Made by a program: the position numbers and the translations under genes
The notes under the pieces: model-generated
The model's database searches: none
Told to the model about the DNA's origin: nothing
The model's input: the letters and a program-made list of their open reading frames with translations, nothing else
Part shown: piece by piece, positions 45,926 to 56,767 of the stretch
How positions within the stretch are numbered: position 1 is the first letter of the stretch
Layout: each line of letters begins with the position of its first letter
NCBI GenBank assembly: GCA_963707985.1
Contig: CAVPRW010000023.1
Coordinates: 32,001 to 96,000, forward strand
Reading direction: 5' to 3'
DNA: 64,000 nt
Origin: an uncultured Nitrospinota bacterium
Lineage (GTDB): Bacteria > Tectomicrobia > Entotheonellia > J063 > CAVPRW01

Positions 45926-47146
45926 ATGCGGATCGCACAGGTCGCCCCCCTGTTCGAGAGTATTCCCCCCAAGCGATACGGGGGTACGGAGCGGGTCATC
46001 TCGTACCTCACCGAGGAACTCGTCCGGCTGGGACACGAGGTCACGCTGTTCGCCAGCGGTGACTCGGAGACAAACGCGAAGCTGGTCCCCGCCTGCCCTC
46101 GTGCCTTGTGGCACGACGAGCGCTGCCGGGAGACGCTGCCCCATCACGTCCGGCTGATGGATCTCGTCTTCCAGGATGCCTCGCGCTTTGACATCATCCA
46201 CTTCCACTGCGACTACCTGCACTTCCCCCTGCTGCGGCGCCACCCCTGCCCGAGCGTCACGACCCTGCACGGGCGGCTGCACGCCCCGGACCTGCAGCCC
46301 CTCTTTGCTGAGTTCGCCGAGGTGCCGCTCGTCTCCATCTCTCATGACCAGCGGCGGCCGATCCCTTGGGCCAACTGGCAAGCCACCGTCTACCACGGAC
46401 TGCCGCGGGACCTGCACACCTTGCGGGAACGGCCAGGGGATTACCTCGTGTTCCTGGGGCGCCTCTCCCCCGAGAAGCGGTTGGACCGGGCCATCGCCAT
46501 CGCCCAACAGTCAGGGAGGAAGCTGAAGGTCGCGGCGAAGATTTACCCGGAGGAACGCGACTACTTCAACCAAACCATCGAGCCACTGCTGCACCAGTCC
46601 CGGTCCTGGGTTGAGTTCCTCGGCGAGGTCGGCGGCCGGGAAAAAGACGAGTTGCTGGGCAACGCACTGGCGCTGCTGTTTCCCATTGATTGGCCGGAGC
46701 CGTTCGGCCTGGTCATGATCGAGGCCATGGCCTGTGGTACCCCCGTCATCGCCTGGCGCAACGGGTCGGTCCCTGAAGTGATGGAGGATGATGTCACCGG
46801 GTTCGTCGTGGACAGTGTGGAGGAGGCAGTGTTCGCCGTCGGACGCGTGGCCAGCCTATGCCGTCGTGCCTGCCGCGCGGTGTTCGAGGAGCGCTACGAC
46901 GCCGTGCGCATGGCCCGTGATTACCTGGAGGTGTATCGGCGGCTGGCGCATGCCGGCCCTGAGTTGGTGTGGCCTGCGCCTCATGTCCCTGGGCCGCTGT
47001 CGCTCCCGGCGGAACATAGCTCGGCTCAGCGTAAGCCGTGCCGGTTGCACGTACCCCTCCTGGGGACGTTACCCGGCGTCAACTCTCATGCTCTCGAAGC
47101 AGACCGCACGGATGCTGATGCCGTCCAAGTGCTGACAGGAAAATGA
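45926..47146 (+). CDS. Glycosyltransferase family 4 (GT-B)
   Basis: MRIAQVAP...YGGTER, LGRLSPEK, EPFGLVMIEAMACGTPV. Confidence 0.93.
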   Translation: MRIAQVAPLFESIPPKRYGGTERVISYLTEELVRLGHEVTLFASGDSETNAKLVPACPRALWHDERCRETLPHHVRLMDLVFQDASRFDIIHFHCDYLHFPLLRRHPCPSVTTLHGRLHAPDLQPLFAEFAEVPLVSISHDQRRPIPWANWQATVYHGLPRDLHTLRERPGDYLVFLGRLSPEKRLDRAIAIAQQSGRKLKVAAKIYPEERDYFNQTIEPLLHQSRSWVEFLGEVGGREKDELLGNALALLFPIDWPEPFGLVMIEAMACGTPVIAWRNGSVPEVMEDDVTGFVVDSVEEAVFAVGRVASLCRRACRAVFEERYDAVRMARDYLEVYRRLAHAGPELVWPAPHVPGPLSLPAEHSSAQRKPCRLHVPLLGTLPGVNSHALEADRTDADAVQVLTGK

Positions 47147-47161
47147 TGACCTCACCACAAC

Positions 47162-49369
47162 GTGCACATCACGGAGGACCTCAGGCTAGGGGCCGAGCAG
47201 GGAACCGCGAAGGCCCCAGGGGACGGCGGCCCTTACCACATCCTGGCTGCTTCCAGCCTGGCGGACGAGCGGACCCGGGTGCTCAAGCACGGGGACACAT
47301 TCGCCGTGTTCGACCACTACGGCGACATTAAGGCCGGCGGGCTCGGCGAGGAAGGACTGTACCACGAAGATACCCGCTATCTCTCCTGCCTACTGCTGGA
47401 GCTGGAGGGGAGCCGACCGTTTTTCCTGAGTTCGACGGTCCGGGACGAGAACGACCAACTGGCCGTCGCCCTGACCAACCCGGACCTTCTTCATGAAGGC
47501 CTGGTACGGGTTCCGCTCGGCACATTGCACATCGCGCTGAAGAAGTTTCTCTGGCAGGGGGTCTGCTACCAGCAACTGCAAGTCAAGAATCACGGGCTTG
47601 TACCGGTGGAAACTTTCCTCGCTCTGCACTTCGCGGCTGACTATGCGGACATCTTTGAGGTCACCGGCCGTCAGCGGCAGGCCAGGGGCGAGGACCTTCA
47701 ACCCGAGGTGGCCGGCGACCGCGTAGTCCTCGGCTACCGGGGCCTGGATGGCGTCGTGCGCCGCACCCGCCTGCAGTTCTCACCAAGACCTTCCCTGCTC
47801 ACCGCCTCCACCGCCCGGCTGGATCTGTCGCTGCAGCCACAGCAGGAGGCTACGTTCTCTGTAACGGTCGGCTGCGAATGCCAACCCGCGACCTCGCGGC
47901 TGCTCGCCTTCGATGACGCGCGCGCCAAAGCCGAGTCCGACCTGGAACGGTACAATGCCTGGTCCTGTCATCTGCACACGTCGAACGGGCAGGTCAACGC
48001 CTGGGTCAGCCGTGCGGTGTCCGACCTGCACATGATGACGACCGAGCTCGCCACTGGCCCGTACCCCTATGCGGGTCTGCCCTGGTTCAACACCCCCTTT
48101 GGACGGGACGGCATCGTGACCGCACTGGCATGCCTATGGCTGCGTCCAGGCCTCGCCCGGGGCGTGCTGGCGTACTTGGCCTCTACCCAAGCCACGGAGG
48201 TCATCCCGGAACAGGACGCAGAACCCGGCAAGATCCTACACGAGACCCGCAATGGCGAGATGGCCGTCCTGAAGGAGGTGCCCTTCGGTCGCTATTACGG
48301 CAGCGTCGACGCCACGCCGCTGTTCGTTCTCCTGGCAGGCGCCTACTACGAGCGCACCGGCGACCGGGTCTTCGTGGAGTCCCTCTGGCCTCACGTAGAG
48401 GCGGCACTGCACTGGATCGATGGCTACGGGGACCGGGACGGCGATGGCTTCGTGGAGTATGACCGGCAATCGGCAAATGGGCTACTCCACCAGGGATGGA
48501 AAGACTCAGCCACCGCCGTCTTCCATGCCGATGGCACGCTGGCTCAAGGCCCTATCGCCCTGTGTGAGGTCCAGGGCTATGTCTATGCCGCCCGCCGGGC
48601 AGGTGCGGCGCTGGCTGCTGTCCTGGGCCGCGGCCGGCAGGCGACGGAGCTAGCCCAGCAGGCCGAGGCACTGCGGCAACGCTTCGAGCGAGCGTTCTGG
48701 TGTGAGGAGCTGTCCACTTACGCCCTGGCCCTGGACGGCGATAAGCGGCCCTGCCAGGTGCGGACCTCCAATGCCGGGCAGTGCCTGTTCACCGGCATCG
48801 TGAGCCCCGAACGGGCCCATCGCGTCGCCCGGACACTCCTGAGCCCGGAGTCGTTCTCCGGTTGGGGCATTCGCACCGTCGCCACACCCGAGGTGCGCTA
48901 TAACCCCATGGCCTACCACAACGGCTCAGTCTGGCCCCATGACAATGGCCTGATCGCCCAGGGCCTGGCGCGCTATGGCATGGGCGAGCTGTCGCTGCAG
49001 ATCTGGACGGGGATGTTCGAAGCTGGTCGCTACTTCGACTTGCACCGCATGCCAGAGCTGTTCTGCGGCTTCCCCAAGGCCCCGGGGGAGGGACCTACCC
49101 TGTACCCGGTCGCGTGCGCCCCGCAGGCCTGGTCGGCCGCCTCGGTATTCCTCCTCTTCCAGGCCTGTCTAGGCTTGGAGATCAACGGCCCCGAGGCGCA
49201 GGTGTACTTCACCCGGCCGCACTTACCGGCATCTCTGGGTGAATTGCGGATTCACAATCTCGCGGTGGCCGGGGCGAGCGTTGATCTGTTACTGGTCCGC
49301 CACGAGCAGGACGTGGGCGTCAACGTGCTGCGTCGTGAAGGGGACGTCCAGATCCTGGTGGTGAAGTGA
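47162..49369 (+). CDS. Amylo-alpha-1,6-glucosidase / glycogen-debranching-family protein
   Basis: AGLPWFNTPFGRD, AEPGKILHE, YYGSVDATPL, QGWKDS, YHNGSVWPHDN, PELFCG, PQAWS. Confidence 0.92.
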   Translation: MHITEDLRLGAEQGTAKAPGDGGPYHILAASSLADERTRVLKHGDTFAVFDHYGDIKAGGLGEEGLYHEDTRYLSCLLLELEGSRPFFLSSTVRDENDQLAVALTNPDLLHEGLVRVPLGTLHIALKKFLWQGVCYQQLQVKNHGLVPVETFLALHFAADYADIFEVTGRQRQARGEDLQPEVAGDRVVLGYRGLDGVVRRTRLQFSPRPSLLTASTARLDLSLQPQQEATFSVTVGCECQPATSRLLAFDDARAKAESDLERYNAWSCHLHTSNGQVNAWVSRAVSDLHMMTTELATGPYPYAGLPWFNTPFGRDGIVTALACLWLRPGLARGVLAYLASTQATEVIPEQDAEPGKILHETRNGEMAVLKEVPFGRYYGSVDATPLFVLLAGAYYERTGDRVFVESLWPHVEAALHWIDGYGDRDGDGFVEYDRQSANGLLHQGWKDSATAVFHADGTLAQGPIALCEVQGYVYAARRAGAALAAVLGRGRQATELAQQAEALRQRFERAFWCEELSTYALALDGDKRPCQVRTSNAGQCLFTGIVSPERAHRVARTLLSPESFSGWGIRTVATPEVRYNPMAYHNGSVWPHDNGLIAQGLARYGMGELSLQIWTGMFEAGRYFDLHRMPELFCGFPKAPGEGPTLYPVACAPQAWSAASVFLLFQACLGLEINGPEAQVYFTRPHLPASLGELRIHNLAVAGASVDLLLVRHEQDVGVNVLRREGDVQILVVK

Positions 49370-49599
49370 CCAGGCCGCACTCGTCGATAATGCTGACGTG
49401 GATATCGTGCAGGAAGCGGCATGACAAAGCGTGCAGAGGCTCCGCGGCTTCGACGGCAGTCCGAGGAGTAGGAGCCGGTGGAATATCAGGTCGTGTACCA
49501 TATTGCTTCCCTTCCCTAGCGTCGAAGCCACCGACCCACATCACCATAGGCACCGCGCGGCGCACCCGTCACCTTCGAGCCTATCCGCAGTCCACTCGG

Positions 49600-52125
49600 T
49601 CAACCGGCATAATGCATGGCGATACGCTTCCGACTTTCTTCTTCCAGGGCTTTGCGAATGGCTGGTTGCGTCGCCATCGCGACGTTGAGATCATCGCGAT
49701 GAAGTTTGTAGAGCGTACATGGCGTCACGGTTGTCACGGTCGCCATGTGTGGCTCATGGCTCAGCAGCGCAACTTCCCCAAAGAATTCTCCAGCCATCAG
49801 CGTGGCCAGGTCACGCGACATGCCTTGCGCTTCACGCGACGCGCGTACCACGCCATGGGCGATGACGTACATGTCATCGCCTTGCTCTCCTTGCCTAATG
49901 ATAACCTGGCGCGCCGGAACAACCTGCACGTCTATCCGGACCGCGATGTTCGCCAGATCTTCCAGTGAGATGTCTTGAAAGCAAGGCATCCTCTGAATCA
50001 GCTCGATAGGCTCCCGTGTGAGTTCGGTAACATCGTGTCCCTTCAGGCTCCGCAACTCGTGCGAGATTTCCGCCTCCATGCGTTCCGCTATCGGCGCGGG
50101 AAGCGTGCCATGCTCTGTTTGCTGTGCGATGGCTTCAACCTCTGCGACGAGCAGCAGTCGCCGCGCCAGCCGTGTTTGCATTTCATTGATAAATTCAGGA
50201 TAGTGTTCGGCCATCTGATCCAACGCATACTGCGTCGTCTCATACACTTTCTGATAGCGGCGGCGTACCGTGTCTACGAGGTACCAGGGCATCGATTCGA
50301 CGCGAGCCAACGTGTCGAGGACGTCGAGCACACGCCGACTGCTCTGGCAACGCGCCCCCGCCATCTCGTAGTCCATAGCGAGGCGATTCAAGTGCAACCG
50401 TTCTGCCAACGGCGCCAGTGAAACCACCATGTTGCTGACTCGCAAAGCCACCTCTTCGAGGCGATGCTGGAAAGAGCGGCGAGGTTGCACATCCTGATAC
50501 TCACCCGTACCGCGCACTGCGTCAATGTGGAGTTGGAGCGTCAGCAGCAGCTCCCTGAAGGCACGCTCGCTCAGTTGCCCCTTGTTGAACATATCTACGT
50601 AGAGGGAATGCTCTTCAGCAAGTCCCCGGAGGGAGAGAAGAGCGCGTTGGGTGTCGTCGTCATCCAGTTCTGCCCTGTGGAGAGCCTCAATCGCCGCTTT
50701 GATGCCGTCAAGCTTCTTTTCATATTGCACCTGCAAACGTATCGCCACAGCGCCTGAGCAGAAACCGCTTGAGAGCAACTCAGGCAATCGGTCCATGGCG
50801 CGCTGCTTGGCGGTAAAATCGCCTTCCAGTCGCGCCAGGCGCTCGCCCACCAAGGGGGAGTCCAGCCCAAGCAGACGCACCAGAGGCTCGATACTGAGCC
50901 CCTGCACCAGCAGGGTGAACAGTACCGCGCCCATGGCGAGCGCTATAAAAACCTCGCGATGCTCGAATGGTGGCAGGCTCATGGCGATGGCAAGCGCGAT
51001 GGCGCCGCGAAGCCCTCCCCAGAAAATGACTGCTTGATACGCTCGATTCATCGGCTCAGCTCTCGACAATCGTTGCACCAAGGGCATGAGCCCATAGATG
51101 ACGGCAGCACGCGACACCAGTAATGCCACAACCACCCAGAACAACAAACCCAATGTGACCCACAAGGCAACAAGATCGACGTGCAATCCTACCATGAGAA
51201 AGATCAAGGCGTTTGCCACAAAGGCGATGTATTCCCAAAAATGTTCTAGGTAATCGCGCACAGCATACGAGACTTTCATGCGACCCCACCCGCCTATGGT
51301 GATGCCTGCCGCGATGGTTGCCATGACTCCGCTCACTTGCAGGACCTGCTCGGCAAGAAGATAGGACACATATGCGAGGACGGTCGTCAGCGTAATCTCG
51401 ATGAAGTGGTCCTCCACTGTGCCGAGAGCGTAGCCGGTCAGCAGGCCCAGGAGCCACCCCACCCCGAGTCCCCCGACGAACACCACGACAAAGTTGATGG
51501 CGCCTTTGGAGATGACCCCATCCGATACGGCTCCGGCGAGAATCACCCCCAGCAGAATGCGCGCCAGAACGATGGATGTGGCATCGTTGAAGAGGCTTTC
51601 GCCCTCAACCAAAACTCTGAGTCTTTGTGGTGCGCCAACCCGTTTGAATACAGCGACTACCGCTACTGGATCGGTGGCGCTGAGGATGGCTCCCAGCAGG
51701 AGTGATGCCGTGAGGGGAATTGGTGTGACCATCGCCACAATGAGGCCGATGATCATCGTCGAGAGCATGAGCCCAGGACCTGCCAGTACGAGCACCGATC
51801 CGAGATTCTCACGCAACTGCCGGGCATCAAGATTGAAGGCTGCCTCAAAAATGAGCGTGGGCAGGAAAACATAGAAAATCAGCGACGAGGAAATTTCCAG
51901 GTCACGAAGCGCGGGTAGCACATGCGGATAAGCGGCAGACAACGCCGACAAGCCGATGCCGACCACGACCAGGACGACTGTAAAGGGAAGCTTCAGCCGC
52001 CTCGTCACGGCGAGGACAACGGTGGCGATCAGGAGTAAGATAATAACCCCGCCCACGAGGGCAGCGACCTGAGGTGGTTGTTGCATAGCGTCTGAGTAAC
52101 TTTCAAACGATCTCGGCTGTGCCAT
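49600..52125 (-). CDS. CPA1 (NhaP-like) cation/H+ antiporter with a long cytoplasmic tail and C-terminal cNMP-binding domain
   Basis: FLPTLIFEAA, SATDPVAV, GESLFND, WGGLRGA; C-terminal IIRQGEQGDDMYVI...GEFFGEVALL. Confidence 0.92.
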   Translation of the reverse strand: MAQPRSFESYSDAMQQPPQVAALVGGVIILLLIATVVLAVTRRLKLPFTVVLVVVGIGLSALSAAYPHVLPALRDLEISSSLIFYVFLPTLIFEAAFNLDARQLRENLGSVLVLAGPGLMLSTMIIGLIVAMVTPIPLTASLLLGAILSATDPVAVVAVFKRVGAPQRLRVLVEGESLFNDATSIVLARILLGVILAGAVSDGVISKGAINFVVVFVGGLGVGWLLGLLTGYALGTVEDHFIEITLTTVLAYVSYLLAEQVLQVSGVMATIAAGITIGGWGRMKVSYAVRDYLEHFWEYIAFVANALIFLMVGLHVDLVALWVTLGLLFWVVVALLVSRAAVIYGLMPLVQRLSRAEPMNRAYQAVIFWGGLRGAIALAIAMSLPPFEHREVFIALAMGAVLFTLLVQGLSIEPLVRLLGLDSPLVGERLARLEGDFTAKQRAMDRLPELLSSGFCSGAVAIRLQVQYEKKLDGIKAAIEALHRAELDDDDTQRALLSLRGLAEEHSLYVDMFNKGQLSERAFRELLLTLQLHIDAVRGTGEYQDVQPRRSFQHRLEEVALRVSNMVVSLAPLAERLHLNRLAMDYEMAGARCQSSRRVLDVLDTLARVESMPWYLVDTVRRRYQKVYETTQYALDQMAEHYPEFINEMQTRLARRLLLVAEVEAIAQQTEHGTLPAPIAERMEAEISHELRSLKGHDVTELTREPIELIQRMPCFQDISLEDLANIAVRIDVQVVPARQVIIRQGEQGDDMYVIAHGVVRASREAQGMSRDLATLMAGEFFGEVALLSHEPHMATVTTVTPCTLYKLHRDDLNVAMATQPAIRKALEEESRKRIAMHYAG

Positions 52126-52429
52126 TCCCAGTACGGGACAATTGTCTAATGGACAGGCATGCGGTCGTGAACCGGCGCAGGAAGGCCGTAAGCTGCTGCC
52201 AGTTCGTCGCTGTCATTCTATAACCTGCTTTGCAGAAGCGGTAGTCCTTTTGTACGATTATCACCTGCACCGCGTGCAACTTTATGTTGACTGAGCGTAC
52301 ACGAAATGAGTTCAGAGTCAACGTAGCGCGAGGCAAGCGTTTCTGGGTGCGAGGGACCCTCCGTCCATGGGAGAACCTTGGGAACATCTGCGCAGAGTTC
52401 CTATGGTCTACCAGGCGAGGAGGATCCCC

Positions 52430-52967
52430 ATGGAGGCCCTCGACGTCGAGATGAGGATCGCAGCAGGCGAGCAGGCGCTCCAGGCGTTGATCACGTGTGC
52501 CAGGGAGCGTGCCGGCACGCTTGAGGCGCACGAAGCGGAGCAAGGTATCTGCAAGCGGCGGCTGCCCAGTGGGCTGGCGGCGATGCAACGCTCCGTCGCC
52601 GAGCGCGGGACCGGCGATGTGGGACCGGCCGTCACGCGGGCCGACGGGGCGATGCGGCCACGGCAGACGCCGCTGCGAGGGCGGGACTCCTGTTCGCTCT
52701 TCGGCACGTTCCAGGTGGCCCGCACCGGCGATCGCACACCCGGGGAGCCCGGGAGCGTCCCGCTGGACGCGCAGGTCAACCTGCCCGAGCGGTGCGACTC
52801 GTAGGTCCGGCAGGAGTGGATGACGTGGTGCGCGGTCGAGCCCCCGTTCAAGGAAAGTGCCGGCTGGTTCGCGCCGCTCTTGGACCTCGAGGTGGCCGAG
52901 AGCGTGCTGATGGAGGGCGCGCAGGAGGCGTCGGAAGACTACGAGCGCTTCTCGGCGCAACGGCCCG
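52430..52967 (+). mobile_element. Degenerate transposase remnant (ISKra4-like), cut off by the following IS3 element
   Basis: HEAEQGI...SLFGTFQVAR...PLDAQVNLPE with an in-frame stop at 52802; homology ends at the IS3 end. Family assigned from memory. Confidence 0.6.
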
Positions 52968-54217
52968 TGTTGTGGTTTAATGAAAACGGACACATTGAGC
53001 AGAGTGATAAGATCATGCAAGGAGGTGTCCGATGAAGACAGAGACGAGACAGGTCGACACAGCCGAATTCAAACGGGAAGCGGTCCGCCTGGTGACCCAC
53101 CAGGGCGACGGGGTGAGTGAGGCGGCCCACAACCTGGGGATCAATACCAATATGTTGGGCCGCTGGAAACGCCAGGCTGAGGCGCAAGAGAACGGTGCCC
53201 GGGCAGGTAACGGTCGGCTGTCGTGAGAGCACGAGGAGCTGGAGCGGTTGCGGAAAGAGCACAAGCGTCTGCGGATGGAACGTGACATCTTCAAAAAAAC
53301 AGTCCGCTTCTTTGCCAGCGAGTCGAACTGAAATATGCCTTTATCGCCGAGCACCAGCAACAGTGGCCCGTTTGTGTGCTGTGTGAGGTGTTGGAGGTCG
53401 GCCGCAGTGGGTTTTACGACGATGTTCAGCGCTGCAAGACGGGCGGTGTCGACGCTGAGGAGAGGCGCGTGGTGGCACGGATCAAGGCCATTCATGCCGA
53501 GACAGGCCAGAGCTCTGGAAGTCGTCGCATGGCCCAGCAACTCCAGGACGAGGGCTTTTGGGTGGGGCGCTGGAAGGCGCGGCGCTTGATGCAACAGGCC
53601 GGGGTATCCGTGAGGGGCCGCCGCAGACGTCGCCCACAGACCACGGACAGTCGTCATGGCTTTCGGGTGGCAGCGAATCTGCTGGAGCGGCAGTTTGATG
53701 TCGACCGGCCTCACGCCGCGTGGTGTGGCGACATCACCTCCCTGTGGACCGAGGAAGGGTGGGTGTATGTGTCGGTGCTGGTGGACTGGTATTCGCGCAC
53801 AAGTGGTGGGCTGGGCGATGAGTCATCATATTGCTGTGACCCTGGTTGCAGATGCCTTGCACATGGCGCTTGGCCGCCGGAGTCCTGCAGCGGGCCTGAT
53901 GCACCACAGCGACCGCGGCAGCCAGTATGCCTGCCATGCGTACCGGGGACTGCTGGCTGACAACGGGGTCCAGTGTCGTATGAGTCGGAAGGGGGATTGT
54001 CTGGATCACGCGGGCGCAGAGCGGTTTTTGGGGAGCTTGAAGCGAGAGCGCACGGCGCATCGGGCCTATGCGACGCGTCAAGAAGCGCGGGATGATGTGA
54101 TCGACGATATCGAGATGTTCTACAAGAGTCGGCGCAAACATTCGTATCTCGGATATGTCAGCCCCAATGAATACGAAAAAATTGCGCAGGTTGCTTAACT
54201 GACTGTCCGTTTTTACC
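52968..54217 (+). mobile_element. Degenerate IS3-family insertion sequence (orfA ~53032-53330, orfB to 54198)
   Basis: EFKREAVRL HTH; WCGDIT, HHSDRGSQY, AERFLGSLKRE, HSYLGYVSP; partial inverted repeats AAAACGGACA / TGTCCGTTTT; internal stop and frameshift. Confidence 0.9.
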
Positions 54218-54302
54218 AACTATTGCTCCACAGCGTGGGCTCTATGGATTTTTATCGTTGTCGACCACCGTAACCATTTCCCTGGCCCTATTTAGCCCTC
54301 AC

Positions 54303-54331
54303 CTCACCCTCTCCCGGAGGGAGAGGGTGAG
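54303..54331. repeat. REP-like perfect palindrome, possible terminator of the oxidoreductase gene
   Basis: CTCACCCTCTCCC-GGA-GGGAGAGGGTGAG, 13-bp perfect stem. Confidence 0.65.
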
Positions 54332-54401
54332 TAAGCTTTACCATGGAATAGTCAGCTATAAAAACGAACGCCGGCTCCACAAGGCACACAGCAACTCTGC
54401 G

Positions 54402-55364
54402 CTACAGCGGACGCAAGAGTGAGCCCTCATGAGCGGCTTCCATGATGTACACATTTCGTAAGCCATCCGTCAGCGTCGTCCGGGGTGCGCGCGGCTGCTG
54501 GATGGCTTGGACGAAATCAGCCACCTCTTCTGTGAATGTGTTCGTGGGCTGGTAAGGAATCGCCTCGCCCTTGCAGAGAATGCTCCCGCCCTGTCGTGAG
54601 CCGAACACTCCGTCCGCTATGATGGCACCACCTGCGCCATAGATCTCCAGGCGATTCTCGGCTCGAAAGACGGCGGCGACCGCCAGTTCTGCCAGCAAGC
54701 GCCCCGGATAGTCCAGAACCACAACGCTCACCTCATCGTTGGGGCTTTGATAGACCGGACTAGCGATTCCCCCTCCGATACTGGCCGGCTCACCAAAATA
54801 CCAGCGCCAGAGATCGATCGCATGCGTACCGACGGCGCTCAAAGCCCAGTAGCGCGATTGCTCGCTGTGCGCCCGCCATCCCTGAGGATCCTGCGCCGCT
54901 GCGGTCAGGAAGGCACGGGCATAGCGCACCTGCCCGATTTGTCCCGCATCGATCATGGCTTTGATGCGCTGCAGGCCGTGGCTGAAACGGTTGTTGTAGC
55001 CCATGGCGAAGGTAATACCACTGGCACGAATGCTTTCCGCCATGCGCTGACAGCCGGCATACGTGGTCGTCATCGGCTTTTCGCATAAGATGTGCTTGCC
55101 GGCCTGCGCGGCGGCGATGACCTGGGACTCATGCATCGCATCCGGGCTGGCAACGATCACGGCATCGACCCGTGGGCTCTGCAACAAGGCTTCAAGGTCG
55201 TCGTATACTTCAGGAATGCCATATTGCTGGGCGAAAATGGCACCGCGAGCCTTGTCGCGACTCAGGACTGCCACCAAGCGAGCCTCGTCAACCGCTTGCA
55301 CGGCAGGGATAAACGCACGCTGGGCGATATTGCCCGTGCCCAACAGTGCAATGCCAAGCGTCAT
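54402..55364 (-). CDS. Gfo/Idh/MocA-family NAD(P)-dependent oxidoreductase
   Basis: LGTGNIA, AGKHILCEKP, GTHAID. Confidence 0.93.
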   Translation of the reverse strand: MTLGIALLGTGNIAQRAFIPAVQAVDEARLVAVLSRDKARGAIFAQQYGIPEVYDDLEALLQSPRVDAVIVASPDAMHESQVIAAAQAGKHILCEKPMTTTYAGCQRMAESIRASGITFAMGYNNRFSHGLQRIKAMIDAGQIGQVRYARAFLTAAAQDPQGWRAHSEQSRYWALSAVGTHAIDLWRWYFGEPASIGGGIASPVYQSPNDEVSVVVLDYPGRLLAELAVAAVFRAENRLEIYGAGGAIIADGVFGSRQGGSILCKGEAIPYQPTNTFTEEVADFVQAIQQPRAPRTTLTDGLRNVYIMEAAHEGSLLRPL

Positions 55365-55480
55365 CGTGTCGTTCTCCTGAAAGGAAAGAGTATGCTAGGG
55401 CCTGTGTTGTCGCTCATCTGTTCTGCAGTTACACGGTGCCCCGACGCCTCCGAGCATTCATGCTGTCGGCCGCGGTGGCG

Positions 55481-56509
55481 CTAGTGGTCAAGGCGGTAGA
55501 CGCGCGCCGCCGTGTCATGGAAGAGCTTGGCCTTCTCGTCCGCCGAGTAGCCGGAGGTCAGGCGCTTGAACGTGTTCCACAGCACGGTATAGCTGCAGCT
55601 TGCCTTATCCACAGGGAAATTCGATTCGAACATGCAGCGGTCCGCCCCGAATTGCTCCAGCATGTATTCGTAATAGTGCCGGGTAGCGTCCACGAGCTCC
55701 TGGCTGGTGGGCGGGCGAGGCTTCTCATGCCAGTCAAAGCCGTTCACCTCCATATTGATCCCGCCCAGCTTGGCCACGACGTTGGGGCAGGTGGCCAATT
55801 CGGTCACATGGGAGCGCCACTGGGCAAACACCTCCTTGGCTTTGCCGGCATAGGGTCCGACGCCGATAGGCCCTCCAAAGTGATCTAGAATGATCGTCGT
55901 GTCGGGAAAGGCACGGGCGAGGTCGGTGACCTCAGGGATCTGGTGGTGATAGCACCAGGCTTCAAAGGTCAGCTGACGCGGAGCCAGATGGGCGAATCCG
56001 GCGCGGAAATCCGGACGCAGGAGCATCCCTTGAGGCGGATTGGTGCGATGATTGGGAACGGCCTCGCTGGCATCCCAGGTTGCCCCCAGGCGGATGCCGC
56101 GGAACCGTCCACCGCCCGCAACGAGTTGTGCATCCAACACGGCGGCGACGGCATCGCCGAGCATCAAGTTCGCGGTGCCCACGATCCCGGCAGCGATATG
56201 TACTGGGCCGTAGATGCCGGAGGCACTCATCGCGGCGATGCCGTTGACGAACTCGACCTCGCCCACGGGGCGCATGGCTTCCGGCACGTCAGGTTTGAAC
56301 ATGGAAGCGCATTCGATGAACACGGTCGACACGACGTTATGGCCGCTTCGCACATCTGCCAGAATTTCGTCCAGCAGATAGCGCGGCGCGACACGTGCGG
56401 GACGGAGGTCCCACAAGTGGTGATGGGGGTCACAAATTGGCAAGTCGGGTTCGAGGGGTTCCTCAACCGTTAACGCGAGCCAGTCGGCATTTGTCGCTTG
56501 TGTGGCCAT
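55481..56509 (-). CDS. Amidohydrolase_2-family (lactonase-like) protein
   Basis: DPHHHLW, RFRGIR, ILDHFGG, CMFESNFPVD. Confidence 0.92.
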   Translation of the reverse strand: MATQATNADWLALTVEEPLEPDLPICDPHHHLWDLRPARVAPRYLLDEILADVRSGHNVVSTVFIECASMFKPDVPEAMRPVGEVEFVNGIAAMSASGIYGPVHIAAGIVGTANLMLGDAVAAVLDAQLVAGGGRFRGIRLGATWDASEAVPNHRTNPPQGMLLRPDFRAGFAHLAPRQLTFEAWCYHHQIPEVTDLARAFPDTTIILDHFGGPIGVGPYAGKAKEVFAQWRSHVTELATCPNVVAKLGGINMEVNGFDWHEKPRPPTSQELVDATRHYYEYMLEQFGADRCMFESNFPVDKASCSYTVLWNTFKRLTSGYSADEKAKLFHDTAARVYRLDH

Positions 56510-56767
56510 GGGATAACCTTTCCGTATCGAGCAGTGCCTGCCAATTCACCGCTGTGCCTGGTCTTGTCCGTGCTACAGATCGATAGCGTGAGTATGGGCC
56601 ATCGCTTAATGGATTGCAAGGCATCGTGCGGGCCAGTCGTGCCATTATCAGTAGCCATGGGCACAGTCTTTGGTCTATGATACGGCAACGATTTAGCCTA
56701 GCACGGATCGCGGCTCCCAAGGCTGCTCAATCACAACCCTTGATCCCGTGAGACCAGGAGGTGAAGC

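Noticed and set aside
49440..49560. Possible 5' stub of an IS-associated gene (MVHDLIFHRLLLLGLP, minus strand)
   Set aside because: Too short to support without a database search.
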